Assembly (NCBI GenBank): GCA_964607805.1
Contig: CAZSLF010000005.1
Span: 1-49,271, forward strand
Reading direction: 5' to 3'
Origin: an uncultured Candidatus Saccharibacteria bacterium
GTDB lineage: Bacteria > Patescibacteriota > Minisyncoccia > Phycocordibacterales > CAIZLB01
Length of the DNA: 49,271 nucleotides
Both the position numbers and the translations under genes were made by a program. The notes below the pieces were generated by a model, which was not told the origin of the DNA, did not search any database, and worked only from the letters and a program-made list of their open reading frames with translations. Below are positions 9,854-19,135 of this stretch, in pieces (position 1 is the stretch's first letter; each line of letters opens with the position of its first letter).

Positions 9854-10936
9854 ATGGAAATTAAAAACTTTTATAAAAATAAAAAAGTTCTTGTTACAGG
9901 CCATACTGGGTTCAAAGGCAGTTGGCTTTCGCAGGTATTGCTAAATTTCGGTGCAGATGTTGTAGGTGTGTCACTTGCCCCTGACACAAAACCTAATTTA
10001 TACGAGGTTTTACAACAAGAGGGTAAGGTTAAAAGTTATTATTTAGATATAGAAGACTTTGAAGCTCTTAAAAAAGTTTTTATCGAAGAAAAACCTGAAA
10101 TTGTATTTCATATGGCCGCTCAGGCTATTGTTAGAACAGGATATCTTAATCCTCTTAGGACTTTTTCATCAAACGCTATGGGTACAGCCCATGTTCTTGA
10201 AGCAATTAGAGAGGTTGATAGTGTAAAGTCTGCAGTAATTATCACTACAGATAAAGTTTATGAAAACAAAGAGTGGCATCATGCATATAGAGAAAACGAT
10301 TCTCTTGGAGGATATGATCCCTATAGTGCAAGTAAGGCAGCTGCAGATATAATAACTAATTCTTATATTCAGTCATATTTTAATATTAAGCACTATAAAG
10401 AAAAGCATAACTCTCTTGTCGCTATCGCTAGAGCTGGAAACGTAATAGGAGGTGGTGACTGGGCTGAATATAGACTTATTCCAGATATTATCCGGGCTGT
10501 ATATGAAAAGAAAGAAAAGATAGAGAGTAGAAATCCTCAAGCTATAAGACCTTGGCAGCATGTTCTCGAGCCTCTTTCAGGTTATATGACCCTTGCACAG
10601 GCTCTTTACGAAGGAAGACCAGAAGTATCTGGTGCATGGAATTTTGGTCCTAACAACGAAAGTTTTGTTACAGTTGAGACTTTGATCAATCATGCGATTG
10701 AAATTCTAGGAGCAGGAACACATGATTCAAATCCTGATACTTCTCATATGCATGAGGCAAATCTATTAAAGTTAGATATTAATAAGGCGCATGCAATTTT
10801 GTCTTGGAAGCCGAGACTTCATTTACAAGAAAATTTGAAAATGACTTTTGATTGGTATCGTAACTACTATGAAAAAAGCGCAGATATTGTAGAATTCACT
10901 AATAGTCAGATTGAAGAATATTTTAATATAAAATAA
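9854..10936 (+). CDS. rfbG: CDP-glucose 4,6-dehydratase
   Basis: VLVTGHTGFKGSWL, HMAAQA, TTDKVYEN, GGYDPYSASK, RAGNVIGGGDW, RPWQHVLEPL. Start placed at MEIK. Confidence 0.95.
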   Translation: MEIKNFYKNKKVLVTGHTGFKGSWLSQVLLNFGADVVGVSLAPDTKPNLYEVLQQEGKVKSYYLDIEDFEALKKVFIEEKPEIVFHMAAQAIVRTGYLNPLRTFSSNAMGTAHVLEAIREVDSVKSAVIITTDKVYENKEWHHAYRENDSLGGYDPYSASKAAADIITNSYIQSYFNIKHYKEKHNSLVAIARAGNVIGGGDWAEYRLIPDIIRAVYEKKEKIESRNPQAIRPWQHVLEPLSGYMTLAQALYEGRPEVSGAWNFGPNNESFVTVETLINHAIEILGAGTHDSNPDTSHMHEANLLKLDINKAHAILSWKPRLHLQENLKMTFDWYRNYYEKSADIVEFTNSQIEEYFNIK

Positions 10937-10945
10937 TAAATACTT

Positions 10946-11716
10946 ATGAAAGTTGTAATTTTAGCCGGAGGATTAGGAACAAGAATAAGTGAGGAGACAA
11001 ATGTTAGGCCTAAACCTATGGTTGAAATTGGTGGAAAACCTATCTTGTGGCATATCATGAAGACATATTCCCATTATGGTTTTAACGAATTTATTATTTG
11101 TATTGGTTATAAAGGAAACTATATTAAAGAATGGTTCAACAATTACTATTTAAATCATAGTGATGTAACTTTTGATTTTGAAAAAAATAATATCGAATAC
11201 CATAAACCTGCAGGTGAAAAATGGAAAGTAACTCTAGTTGATACGGGAGATTCAACTATGACAGGTGGACGACTTAAGAGAATTCAAGAATATATTGGCA
11301 ATGAGCCTTTCATGATGACCTATGGAGACGGTGTAGGTAATATACAAATTGATAAGTTAGTTGAATTTCATAAGGAGCACGATGCATTAGTTACTGTAAC
11401 TGCGGTAACTCCTGAAGGTAGATTCGGTGTTGTAAATATCCACGAGAGTAAAACAGTTACATCGTTTAGCGAAAAAACTGATACAAATAAAGTAAGCGGA
11501 GGATATTTTGTATTAGAACCAGAAATATTTGATTATTTACAAGATGGAGACGCTACAGTTTTTGAAAAGGCACCACTTGAGAAGATAACAGACGAAGGAA
11601 AATTAAAAGCATTCGTACACGATGGTTTCTGGAAGCCTATGGATACTTTGCCAGATAAAATTCGTCTTGAGGCTATGTGGTCAAAAGGCGATGCTCCTTG
11701 GAAGATTTGGAATTAG
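10946..11716 (+). CDS. rfbF: Glucose-1-phosphate cytidylyltransferase
   Basis: ILAGGLGTRISEET..RPKPMVEIGGKPILWHIMK, VDTG.STMTGGRL, TYGDGV, GFW.PMDT. Confidence 0.95.
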   Translation: MKVVILAGGLGTRISEETNVRPKPMVEIGGKPILWHIMKTYSHYGFNEFIICIGYKGNYIKEWFNNYYLNHSDVTFDFEKNNIEYHKPAGEKWKVTLVDTGDSTMTGGRLKRIQEYIGNEPFMMTYGDGVGNIQIDKLVEFHKEHDALVTVTAVTPEGRFGVVNIHESKTVTSFSEKTDTNKVSGGYFVLEPEIFDYLQDGDATVFEKAPLEKITDEGKLKAFVHDGFWKPMDTLPDKIRLEAMWSKGDAPWKIWN

Positions 11717-11833
11717 ATGTAACAAATGGTAATTTACCCTATACGATGCTACAATCCGAAGAATTCTTAAGATTTGGGGCCCAAGCATAGATAGATTAAA
11801 GAGAGGATTCTGGTCAATGATCAATATAAATAA

Positions 11834-12601
11834 ATGATAAAGAAAATATTAATAGAAGAAAAGGATTTGAATACATTGTCTTCAAGAATACCCTCAATTC
11901 AGAAGCCTTCTTTTAAATATGATTATAAAAATGTCGTGGTGAATAAACCATGGGGTTATGAATATTTAATGTTTGAAAATGAACAAGTGGCTGTATGGGT
12001 TCTTTTCATGAAAAAAGGATCTAAGACATCTATGCATTGTCATCCTCAAAAGAATACTTCACTTCTAGTATTAGATGGACGAGCTAAGACTTCTTCATTA
12101 AATGACGAATTTGAACTTAGTTTTCTAGACAGCATGATTATTTCTAAAGGTGTATTTCATTCTACTTCAACAGAGTGTGAAGACGGTGCGGTAATCATGG
12201 AAATTGAAACTCCTCCCGATAAAACCGACCTAGTACGCCTTAAAGATGAGTATGGAAGAGAGAATAAGGGGTACGAAGGTGAGAATAATATCTCTAGAGA
12301 TCTAGAACAATATGAGCATCATAGTTTTCACGACGATATTGAGAATTATAGAAAAATCACTGAAAAGGCTTTAAAAAACAGCAAGGTCTTATTACATTCA
12401 AATGAAAATTGGGATAAACTATATAGTGAAATCAAGGACAAGAAGAACTTCATTGTAAGCTTTTTGGATACATTTATTTTGGACCAAAATGACAATATGG
12501 TATTGGAAATAGGTGAAGTTTGTGACGGTGAATGGCTAGTAAAAGAATTTGAAAAGCTCAAAGCAAGTAAAGAAATCTTTAATCTTTTGATCATCAATTA
12601 A
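11834..12601 (+). CDS. Cupin-domain protein (mannose-6-phosphate isomerase type II-like cupin plus an unknown C-terminal part)
   Basis: KPWGYEY, TSMHCHPQK, KGVFHST and EIETP form a metal-binding cupin signature. Confidence 0.7.
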   Translation: MIKKILIEEKDLNTLSSRIPSIQKPSFKYDYKNVVVNKPWGYEYLMFENEQVAVWVLFMKKGSKTSMHCHPQKNTSLLVLDGRAKTSSLNDEFELSFLDSMIISKGVFHSTSTECEDGAVIMEIETPPDKTDLVRLKDEYGRENKGYEGENNISRDLEQYEHHSFHDDIENYRKITEKALKNSKVLLHSNENWDKLYSEIKDKKNFIVSFLDTFILDQNDNMVLEIGEVCDGEWLVKEFEKLKASKEIFNLLIIN

Positions 12602-12604
12602 TAA

Positions 12605-14398
12605 ATGGCAAAAATAAAAGTCTCAGATCTAATAGTTAATTACATTGTTTCACTTGGTGTTAAGCATGTTTTTATTGTCTCAGGAGGAAGCAATGTGAAT
12701 ATTCTCGATTCAATAGATAAAAATCCAAATTTAAAATATATTTGTAATCACAATGAACAGGCATCAGCCATGGCTGCTGAGGCATATGGAAGAGTTGGAG
12801 GAAATATTGGTGTCTGTGTTACAACCATGGGTCCTGCAGCTACGAATACTTTGACTGGAGTTATGGGCGCTTGGACAGATTCAATCGCAACCCTGTATCT
12901 ATGTGGGCAGGTAAAAAGAGAGGTTATGATTACTGGTACGCACTTGAGACAGCTTGGAGTGCAGGAAATAAATATTACAGATATAGCGAGACCAATTACA
13001 AAGTATTGTGAAGTTGTTCAGGATCCGCTTCAAATTTTATACCATCTAAAGAAAGCTGTTTATATTGCTAAATCAGGCAGGCCAGGACCAGTTCTTCTTG
13101 ATATTCCTGCAGATATTCAATCTATGGAAATTGAAGAAAGTGAATTTTTAGATTTTGATCCAGTAAAAGATGGTTTAGAGCCAGCGCCAAATACTTTATT
13201 AAAAGACCAGGTTGCAGAATTATCAAAATGGCTTAAGGAATCAAAGAGACCCGTTATTTTTGCCGGACATGGAATTCGGCTTTCAAAGTCAGAAAAAGAA
13301 TTTATAGAATTAGCGGAAAAATTGCAGATTCCAGTTCTTACAACTATGTCTGCAAATGATTTGATAGAGAGCGACCATCCTTTATTTGTCGGACGGCCTG
13401 GAGTATTTGGAGATAGAGCAGGAAATTTTGCAATCCAAAATTCTGATTTAATGATAAGTATCGGTGCTAGACACCATCTTTGGAATATTGGTTATAACTA
13501 TGCTTCATTTGCCAAATCTGCCAAAAAGGTTGTAGTTGATATCGATATAAATGAATTAAATAAAAAAACAGTTGTTCCTGATTTAGCGATTAATGCTAAT
13601 GCTAAAGATTTTATTGAAGAGTTGAAAAGTCATGCAACTGAATTAGTTGAAATTAAACCATGGTTAGAAAAGTGCAGAGGATGGAAAGAAAAGTATCCTG
13701 TTGTATCACCTGAATATAAAGAGGAAAAAAACTTTGTAAATTCATACTATTTTACAGACCGTTTATCAAAAAAGCTGGAAGAAAATGAAATTATAATGAC
13801 GGGTGTAGGAACCGCATTTACAGGAACGCTTCAATCAATAAAAATAAAAAAAGGCCAAAGATTACACTGTAGTATAGGCTGCGCATCTATGGGATATGAT
13901 TTACCTTCTGCAATTGGAGGATGGTTTTCTACTGGTAAAAATAGAATTATCCTAATAACTGGCGACGGGGGAATTATGTTCAACCTACAGGAATTGCAAA
14001 CAATTGTTCATCATAAAATTCCAGTCAAAATATTTTTGTTGAATAACAATGGCTACTTGGCGATTAAAAACACCCAAAATTCATTTTTCCAAGGAAATTT
14101 GGCTGGTGTAGATGGAAAATCTGGAGTTAGTCTGCCGTCATTTGAAAAGATTGCAAATGCTTTTGGTTTAGGATATGTCAGTATGAAGACTAATGATGAT
14201 ATTGATCAGAAAATAGAAGAAGCTTTAAATTATGATGGTCCGGTGATTTGTGATATCAATATGTCACCTACTCAGCCTTTATTGCCAAAAGTATACTCAG
14301 AGAAACTTCCCGATGGTACTATGATTAGTAAACCGCTTGAGGACATGTTCCCGTTCATAGATAGAGATGAATTTACTAAGAATATGACAAATGATTAA
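12605..14398 (+). CDS. ThDP-dependent enzyme of the acetolactate synthase superfamily (YerE-like carboligase candidate)
   Basis: NHNEQASAMAAEAY, TMGPAATN, GRPGPV.LDIP.D, ITGDGGIMFNLQEL...NNNGY (GDG-N ThDP motif). Confidence 0.9.
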   Translation: MAKIKVSDLIVNYIVSLGVKHVFIVSGGSNVNILDSIDKNPNLKYICNHNEQASAMAAEAYGRVGGNIGVCVTTMGPAATNTLTGVMGAWTDSIATLYLCGQVKREVMITGTHLRQLGVQEINITDIARPITKYCEVVQDPLQILYHLKKAVYIAKSGRPGPVLLDIPADIQSMEIEESEFLDFDPVKDGLEPAPNTLLKDQVAELSKWLKESKRPVIFAGHGIRLSKSEKEFIELAEKLQIPVLTTMSANDLIESDHPLFVGRPGVFGDRAGNFAIQNSDLMISIGARHHLWNIGYNYASFAKSAKKVVVDIDINELNKKTVVPDLAINANAKDFIEELKSHATELVEIKPWLEKCRGWKEKYPVVSPEYKEEKNFVNSYYFTDRLSKKLEENEIIMTGVGTAFTGTLQSIKIKKGQRLHCSIGCASMGYDLPSAIGGWFSTGKNRIILITGDGGIMFNLQELQTIVHHKIPVKIFLLNNNGYLAIKNTQNSFFQGNLAGVDGKSGVSLPSFEKIANAFGLGYVSMKTNDDIDQKIEEALNYDGPVICDINMSPTQPLLPKVYSEKLPDGTMISKPLEDMFPFIDRDEFTKNMTND

Positions 14399-14431
14399 TC
14401 AAATATAATTTAGTTTTTAAATACAAATAAA

Positions 14432-14965
14432 ATGGAAAAAACAAAAAAAGTAGTGATTATTACAGCCGAAGCCTTTGAAGATGAAGAAGTTATGTATCCA
14501 GTTATGCGACTTCATGAAGAAGGTTTTACTGTTGATATTGCCACAAAAGATGCAAAGCTCGTTGTCGGAAGATTGAATTTTCCTCTTGAATTATTGGTTA
14601 GATATTACGGTACTTTGGTAGATGCTAAAAAACTTAATCCCGATGACTATGACATGGTCTTATTACCAGGTGGCTTTGAGGCACCTGATCGTGTAAGACA
14701 AATACCAGAAGTATTGGATTTTGTTAGGAAGATGCATAGTTCAAATAAGCTTGTTGCCGCTTTCTGTCACGGACCTTGGATCCTTATTTCAGCTGGATTG
14801 CTTAAAGGAAAAAAAGCTACAGGTTATATCGGTATTAAAGATGATATTCAAAACGCAGGCGCTGAATTTATCGATCAACCTGTAGTTGAAGATGGAAATA
14901 TAATTACATCAAGACACCCTAGAGATGTAGGACACTTTATGAAGGCTTTGCTTGCGAGATTTTAA
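14432..14965 (+). CDS. PfpI/DJ-1 family protein (protease I/glyoxalase III/deglycase)
   Basis: FEDEE, LLPGG, AAFCHGPW nucleophile elbow, VVEDGNIITSRHP.D. Confidence 0.9.
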   Translation: MEKTKKVVIITAEAFEDEEVMYPVMRLHEEGFTVDIATKDAKLVVGRLNFPLELLVRYYGTLVDAKKLNPDDYDMVLLPGGFEAPDRVRQIPEVLDFVRKMHSSNKLVAAFCHGPWILISAGLLKGKKATGYIGIKDDIQNAGAEFIDQPVVEDGNIITSRHPRDVGHFMKALLARF

Positions 14966-15005
14966 TCTAGCCTTTGATTAATTAAGTTTTTAACTTATTC
15001 AATTT

Positions 15006-15641
15006 ATGAAAAATATAATAATATTTGATTTTGATGGTGTATTGTCTAACTCTGTAAATATTGTTTATGAGATGAATAAGGAAGCAATTGAAGCAATTGG
15101 AAAAGGTATAACTATGGAGGAATACCTTGCTTGCTTTGAAGGTCATATAAATCAAAGATTGCAAAAGCTATTGAGTTTAACTGACGAAGAAAAAGAAAAA
15201 CTAGTTGCTCATAAAGCACAACTTTTTCCAAAATATTATATACCGGAAAAAGTTAAGCTTTTTGATTTTGCTGAAGAATTGGTAGTAGAAGCCAGTAAGC
15301 TTGGAGAACTATGGATAGTTAGTTCTTGTCCTGGAGATCTGATTAAAAATCTATTGGATACACATAACTTAACTAAATATTTCTCAAATATAAATGGTCA
15401 AAACGCTAGACCTAAAAATGAAGTATTTAAAGTAGCTTTTGAAAGCCATAGTGGTGGTAAAGTTTTCTTTATAACTGATACAACGGGTGATTTGAAGGAG
15501 ACTAGAAATCTAGATTTCAAAATGATTAATATTGCTGTCGATTGGGGTTTTCATTCGGCTGAATTATTGAAAAGTGAGAATCCTGATTTATTAACAAGCA
15601 ATCCGGAAGAAATAGTAGAGTTCATTAGCAAAAATAGTTAA
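15006..15641 (+). CDS. HAD-family hydrolase (phosphoglycolate phosphatase-like)
   Basis: IFDFDGVL, VSS, ITDTTGD, VDWGFH. Confidence 0.85.
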   Translation: MKNIIIFDFDGVLSNSVNIVYEMNKEAIEAIGKGITMEEYLACFEGHINQRLQKLLSLTDEEKEKLVAHKAQLFPKYYIPEKVKLFDFAEELVVEASKLGELWIVSSCPGDLIKNLLDTHNLTKYFSNINGQNARPKNEVFKVAFESHSGGKVFFITDTTGDLKETRNLDFKMINIAVDWGFHSAELLKSENPDLLTSNPEEIVEFISKNS

Positions 15642-15646
15642 CATCG

Positions 15647-16012
15647 ATGAGAACTCTAAGGTCTAATAAAACTCAATCTTTGTATGATGCACATAGAGCA
15701 GGCTTGGAAGCGGACGGTGATTGTGAGCTATGCTCAAAAGATATTCTTAAAGAATTTAAGCATTGGAATATTGTGCAGAATTTATTTCCATATGACATAT
15801 TGGCAACTGTTCATCATATGATTATTCCAAAAGGACATGTTAGAGAATTAGATCTTGATTTTGATGAATTAAAAGAATTGATTGAAATAAAATCTACTTA
15901 TATAAATGAAGGTTATGATTTAATTCTACATCAGGTTACAAAAGATCAGTCGATTCCAGATCACTTCCATCTACACCTAATAGTCGGAAAAGAAGACTTT
16001 AACACTAATTAG
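15647..16012 (+). CDS. HIT-like family protein
   Basis: CxxC, N.FPY, HHMIIPKGH and the HFHLHL histidine triad. Confidence 0.75.
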   Translation: MRTLRSNKTQSLYDAHRAGLEADGDCELCSKDILKEFKHWNIVQNLFPYDILATVHHMIIPKGHVRELDLDFDELKELIEIKSTYINEGYDLILHQVTKDQSIPDHFHLHLIVGKEDFNTN

Positions 16013-16063
16013 TCTTATACTTTTAAACGATAATCCATAGTATAGTCTTATACAATCAATATT

Positions 16064-17062
16064 ATGAAAAAAATCGCAATTTTAGGAGCAACAGGATATA
16101 TAGGAAAGTCTCTTGTAAATGAATTTTTGCAAGCGAATTCCGGAGAAGGTTATCAGCTGAACCAAATTTATCTATATGTTAGATCGAAAGAAAAGCTTGA
16201 GAAGTTTATAGAAAGTTTAAAGTTGAAATCTTCAGGAGGTTATAATATTTCGGACATAGAAAACTTCGGTGAAGAGAATTACGATGTTGTTATCAATTGT
16301 GTAGGTATAAGTAGTCCTGCAACATTGAAAGAGAAACCATTTGAAATAATTAAACTCACAGAGGAGTTTGATAATAAGATTCTGAATTTCTTAGACAATC
16401 ATAAAGAAACTATATATATAAATTTGAGTAGCGGTGCGGCTTATGGTCAAAACGCTACGCGACCTGTAAGTGAAGAGACTCCGTCACTTATCGATATTAA
16501 TAATATTAAGAATACGAATTTATATTCTATTGCTAAGATTTATACAGAGGCTAAGCATCGAGCTTTAAATCACTTGCGAATTATCGATTTAAGAGTTTTT
16601 GCTTTCTTTAGTCAATTTGCAGATTTGGATGGAGGATTTCTAATGTCTGAAATTGCTAAGTGTCTTGTTGAAGATAAAGTATTTAAAACAACGTCTACTG
16701 ATATTGTCAGGGATTTTATTGGCCCAGAAGACTTATATAATATTATTCAATGTTTAATTGATGGTGAAAATTCTGAAGGGGTTGAAAAAGTGCATGAAAA
16801 TATAAAAAATGATGTATTCGATGTTGTATCAAAAGCTCTAGTTACAAAATTGGAATTGATAGATTTTTTAAAGACTAAATATAATTTGAAAGTTGAGATT
16901 GCGGAGGCTGCCAAGTCATCTTTGCCGCAAAACCAGAGCGCAACAGGGGACAAAAACTCATATTATTCACAAAGTGAAAAACTAAAAAGAATTGGATTTG
17001 TGCCGAAATATAGTTCGATGGAATGTATTGATAGGGAGCTGAAGAGGCTTCTCACAAGATAG
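16064..17062 (+). CDS. NAD-dependent epimerase/dehydratase/reductase (extended SDR)
   Basis: GATGYIG, LSSGAAYG, YSIAK, RDFIGPED. Confidence 0.85.
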   Translation: MKKIAILGATGYIGKSLVNEFLQANSGEGYQLNQIYLYVRSKEKLEKFIESLKLKSSGGYNISDIENFGEENYDVVINCVGISSPATLKEKPFEIIKLTEEFDNKILNFLDNHKETIYINLSSGAAYGQNATRPVSEETPSLIDINNIKNTNLYSIAKIYTEAKHRALNHLRIIDLRVFAFFSQFADLDGGFLMSEIAKCLVEDKVFKTTSTDIVRDFIGPEDLYNIIQCLIDGENSEGVEKVHENIKNDVFDVVSKALVTKLELIDFLKTKYNLKVEIAEAAKSSLPQNQSATGDKNSYYSQSEKLKRIGFVPKYSSMECIDRELKRLLTR

Positions 17063-17176
17063 TCGATAAAAAAGTACTTACGTACGTATTGACTAAATGT
17101 AAAATTGTGTTACTGTGATAAAAGTAACTTAGCTAGGTTTAGCTAGGTTTTAGTTCACTCCAAACAACATTTAGTT

Positions 17177-17872
17177 ATGTCGACGATTATTACTCCAGAA
17201 GATCTGTATTCCGCCAGTATTGCCGTATTGACCGATTGTATCCCTAAGCGGGTTGACACACTTTTCATTCACGGTTCCTGTATAAATGATGCAAGTCTCG
17301 ATGATCATTGTCTTACTCAAGCGGTAGAATATTTGAGGAGAGGTGAAGTTGGATCAATTACTCTAAACGGGTCTGGTCCAGTAGGTGCATATCCGGGTGT
17401 CCAAGATTGGTTACCAAAGCTCAGGGATTTGGGGGTTCCAAGGGATTTAATTCACCTCATAAAACCTGCTGACAAGACGGCTCTTGAGTCAAAATATTTG
17501 TTGGATTTTGCATATGGAATGGGGTGGAAGATTATATCAATCCGCTCCCAACCCCATCATCAACTCAGGTGTTTTTTACAAATGGTAGCCCTGACACAGA
17601 CCTCAAAAGCTCTGCCCTTGGTTTTTAACCGTCCGGTAACTGGTGTTGACTGGAATAAGGTCTTGAAAAAAATTTCGATTAACCCACAAGTTCCGGTGGT
17701 TGAAGGTACATTTGATAGGCACTGTAGGCTCGAGGTTGAAAACATCAACAGATATGCAGTTCCGGTTGAAGATCGTTGCGATATCAGGGGTTTTACACCG
17801 CACGCCACAATAGAGGAAATGTTCAAGTATTTTCGCTGGCGGAGCGCAGCGGTTGAACAAGTTATAGATTAA
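17177..17872 (+). CDS. YdcF/DUF218-like protein
   Basis: Pattern DTLFIHG...AVEYLRRG...ITLNGS...LRDLGVP...KT.LES...SQPHHQLR follows the DUF218 fold. Visibly higher GC than its neighbours. Confidence 0.55.
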   Translation: MSTIITPEDLYSASIAVLTDCIPKRVDTLFIHGSCINDASLDDHCLTQAVEYLRRGEVGSITLNGSGPVGAYPGVQDWLPKLRDLGVPRDLIHLIKPADKTALESKYLLDFAYGMGWKIISIRSQPHHQLRCFLQMVALTQTSKALPLVFNRPVTGVDWNKVLKKISINPQVPVVEGTFDRHCRLEVENINRYAVPVEDRCDIRGFTPHATIEEMFKYFRWRSAAVEQVID

Positions 17873-17898
17873 GACAGTGGCAACAAGAAAAATTTCGG

Positions 17899-17929
17899 GC
17901 CCACGATGCGCAGCATCGTGGGCTTTTTT
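17899..17929 (+). terminator. Intrinsic terminator
   Basis: GCCCACGATGC-GCA-GCATCGTGGGC (11 bp perfect) followed by TTTTTT. Confidence 0.85.
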
Positions 17930-17985
17930 ACTGTTTGCAAACCATTTATCTAGGTGTTAATGTTCATGGATAAATATATATAAAT

Positions 17986-19050
17986 ATGAAAGTTGCACTT
18001 ATCACAGGGATTACAGGACAGGATGGAAGTTATTTAGCAGAATTATTGCTTGAAAAAGGATATGAGGTTCATGGAATAAAACGCCGAACTTCTATTATTG
18101 CTACAGATCGTGTAGATCATTTATATGATCATGAGGAGTATAAAAAAAGATTCCATCTTCACTATGGAGATTTGGCTGATCCGCTTAATCTTGTTCATAT
18201 AATTTCTAAAGTTAAGCCAGATGAGATTTATAATCTTGGTGCTATGTCTCATGTAAAAGTGAGTTTTGAAAAATCTGATTATACTTCTGATATAGATGCG
18301 CTTGGACCTTTGCGAATTCTTGAGGCGCTACGGATTTTGAATATGACAAATGTGAAGTTTTATCAAGCGTCTTCTTCTGAATTATATGGAAAAGTGCAGG
18401 AAATTCCTCAAACAGAGAAAACACCATTTTATCCTAGATCTCCATATGGCTGCGCGAAACTTTTCGGTTATTGGATAACAGTCAATTTTAGAGAGTCATA
18501 TAACATGTTTGCTTGTAATGGAATTTTATTTAATCATGAATCGCCACGAAGAGGGGAAACTTTCGTTACAAGAAAAATTACAAGAGGTGTAGCAAAAATT
18601 GCTCATAAAATTGATTCAGTATTGCTCCTTGGAAACTTAGATGCAAAAAGAGATTGGGGTCATGCAAAGGATTATGTGGAAGCTATGTGGCTTATTTTGC
18701 AACAAGAAGTTCCTGAAGATTTTGTTATAGCAACAGGTGAGACTACGACAGTTAGAGATTTTGCATTAAAGGCTTTTGCGCGAGCAGGCATACAGATTGA
18801 ATTTTCAGGCGAAGGTGTAGATGAAGTAGGGAAAGTTATTTCTTCTAAGCATGATCATCTGGCAGCTGGAACAATTGTTGTTAAGGTTGATGAAAAATAT
18901 TTTCGTCCAGCTGAGGTGGATCTTTTGTTGGGAGATCCGACGAAGGCAAGAACTGTTCTTGGTTGGAAGCCAAAATATACTTTGGATATGATGATTGACG
19001 AGATGGTAGATGCTGATATGAAGGAAATTGAGAATAATTCTAAGAAATAG
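17986..19050 (+). CDS. gmd: GDP-mannose 4,6-dehydratase
   Basis: [67 protein letters not shown]. Confidence 0.97.
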   Translation: MKVALITGITGQDGSYLAELLLEKGYEVHGIKRRTSIIATDRVDHLYDHEEYKKRFHLHYGDLADPLNLVHIISKVKPDEIYNLGAMSHVKVSFEKSDYTSDIDALGPLRILEALRILNMTNVKFYQASSSELYGKVQEIPQTEKTPFYPRSPYGCAKLFGYWITVNFRESYNMFACNGILFNHESPRRGETFVTRKITRGVAKIAHKIDSVLLLGNLDAKRDWGHAKDYVEAMWLILQQEVPEDFVIATGETTTVRDFALKAFARAGIQIEFSGEGVDEVGKVISSKHDHLAAGTIVVKVDEKYFRPAEVDLLLGDPTKARTVLGWKPKYTLDMMIDEMVDADMKEIENNSKK

Positions 19051-19135
19051 CTATTTTTTGAGTCAGAAAGGCGGTTTTTAGGATACCTTGGACACATATG
19101 CAAAATAGCCCTAAAAGCGCTATACTTCTTGGCAT

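Noticed and set aside
12605-14398. Annotation as a biosynthetic acetolactate synthase (ilvB/ilvG)
   Set aside because: No small subunit or other ilv genes are nearby and the context is nucleotide-sugar synthesis, so the gene symbol is withheld.
16010-16053. 11-bp direct repeat TAGTCTTATAC (16010-16020 and 16043-16053)
   Set aside because: It is AT-rich, encloses only 22 nt and overlaps a promoter. There is no evidence for a target-site duplication.
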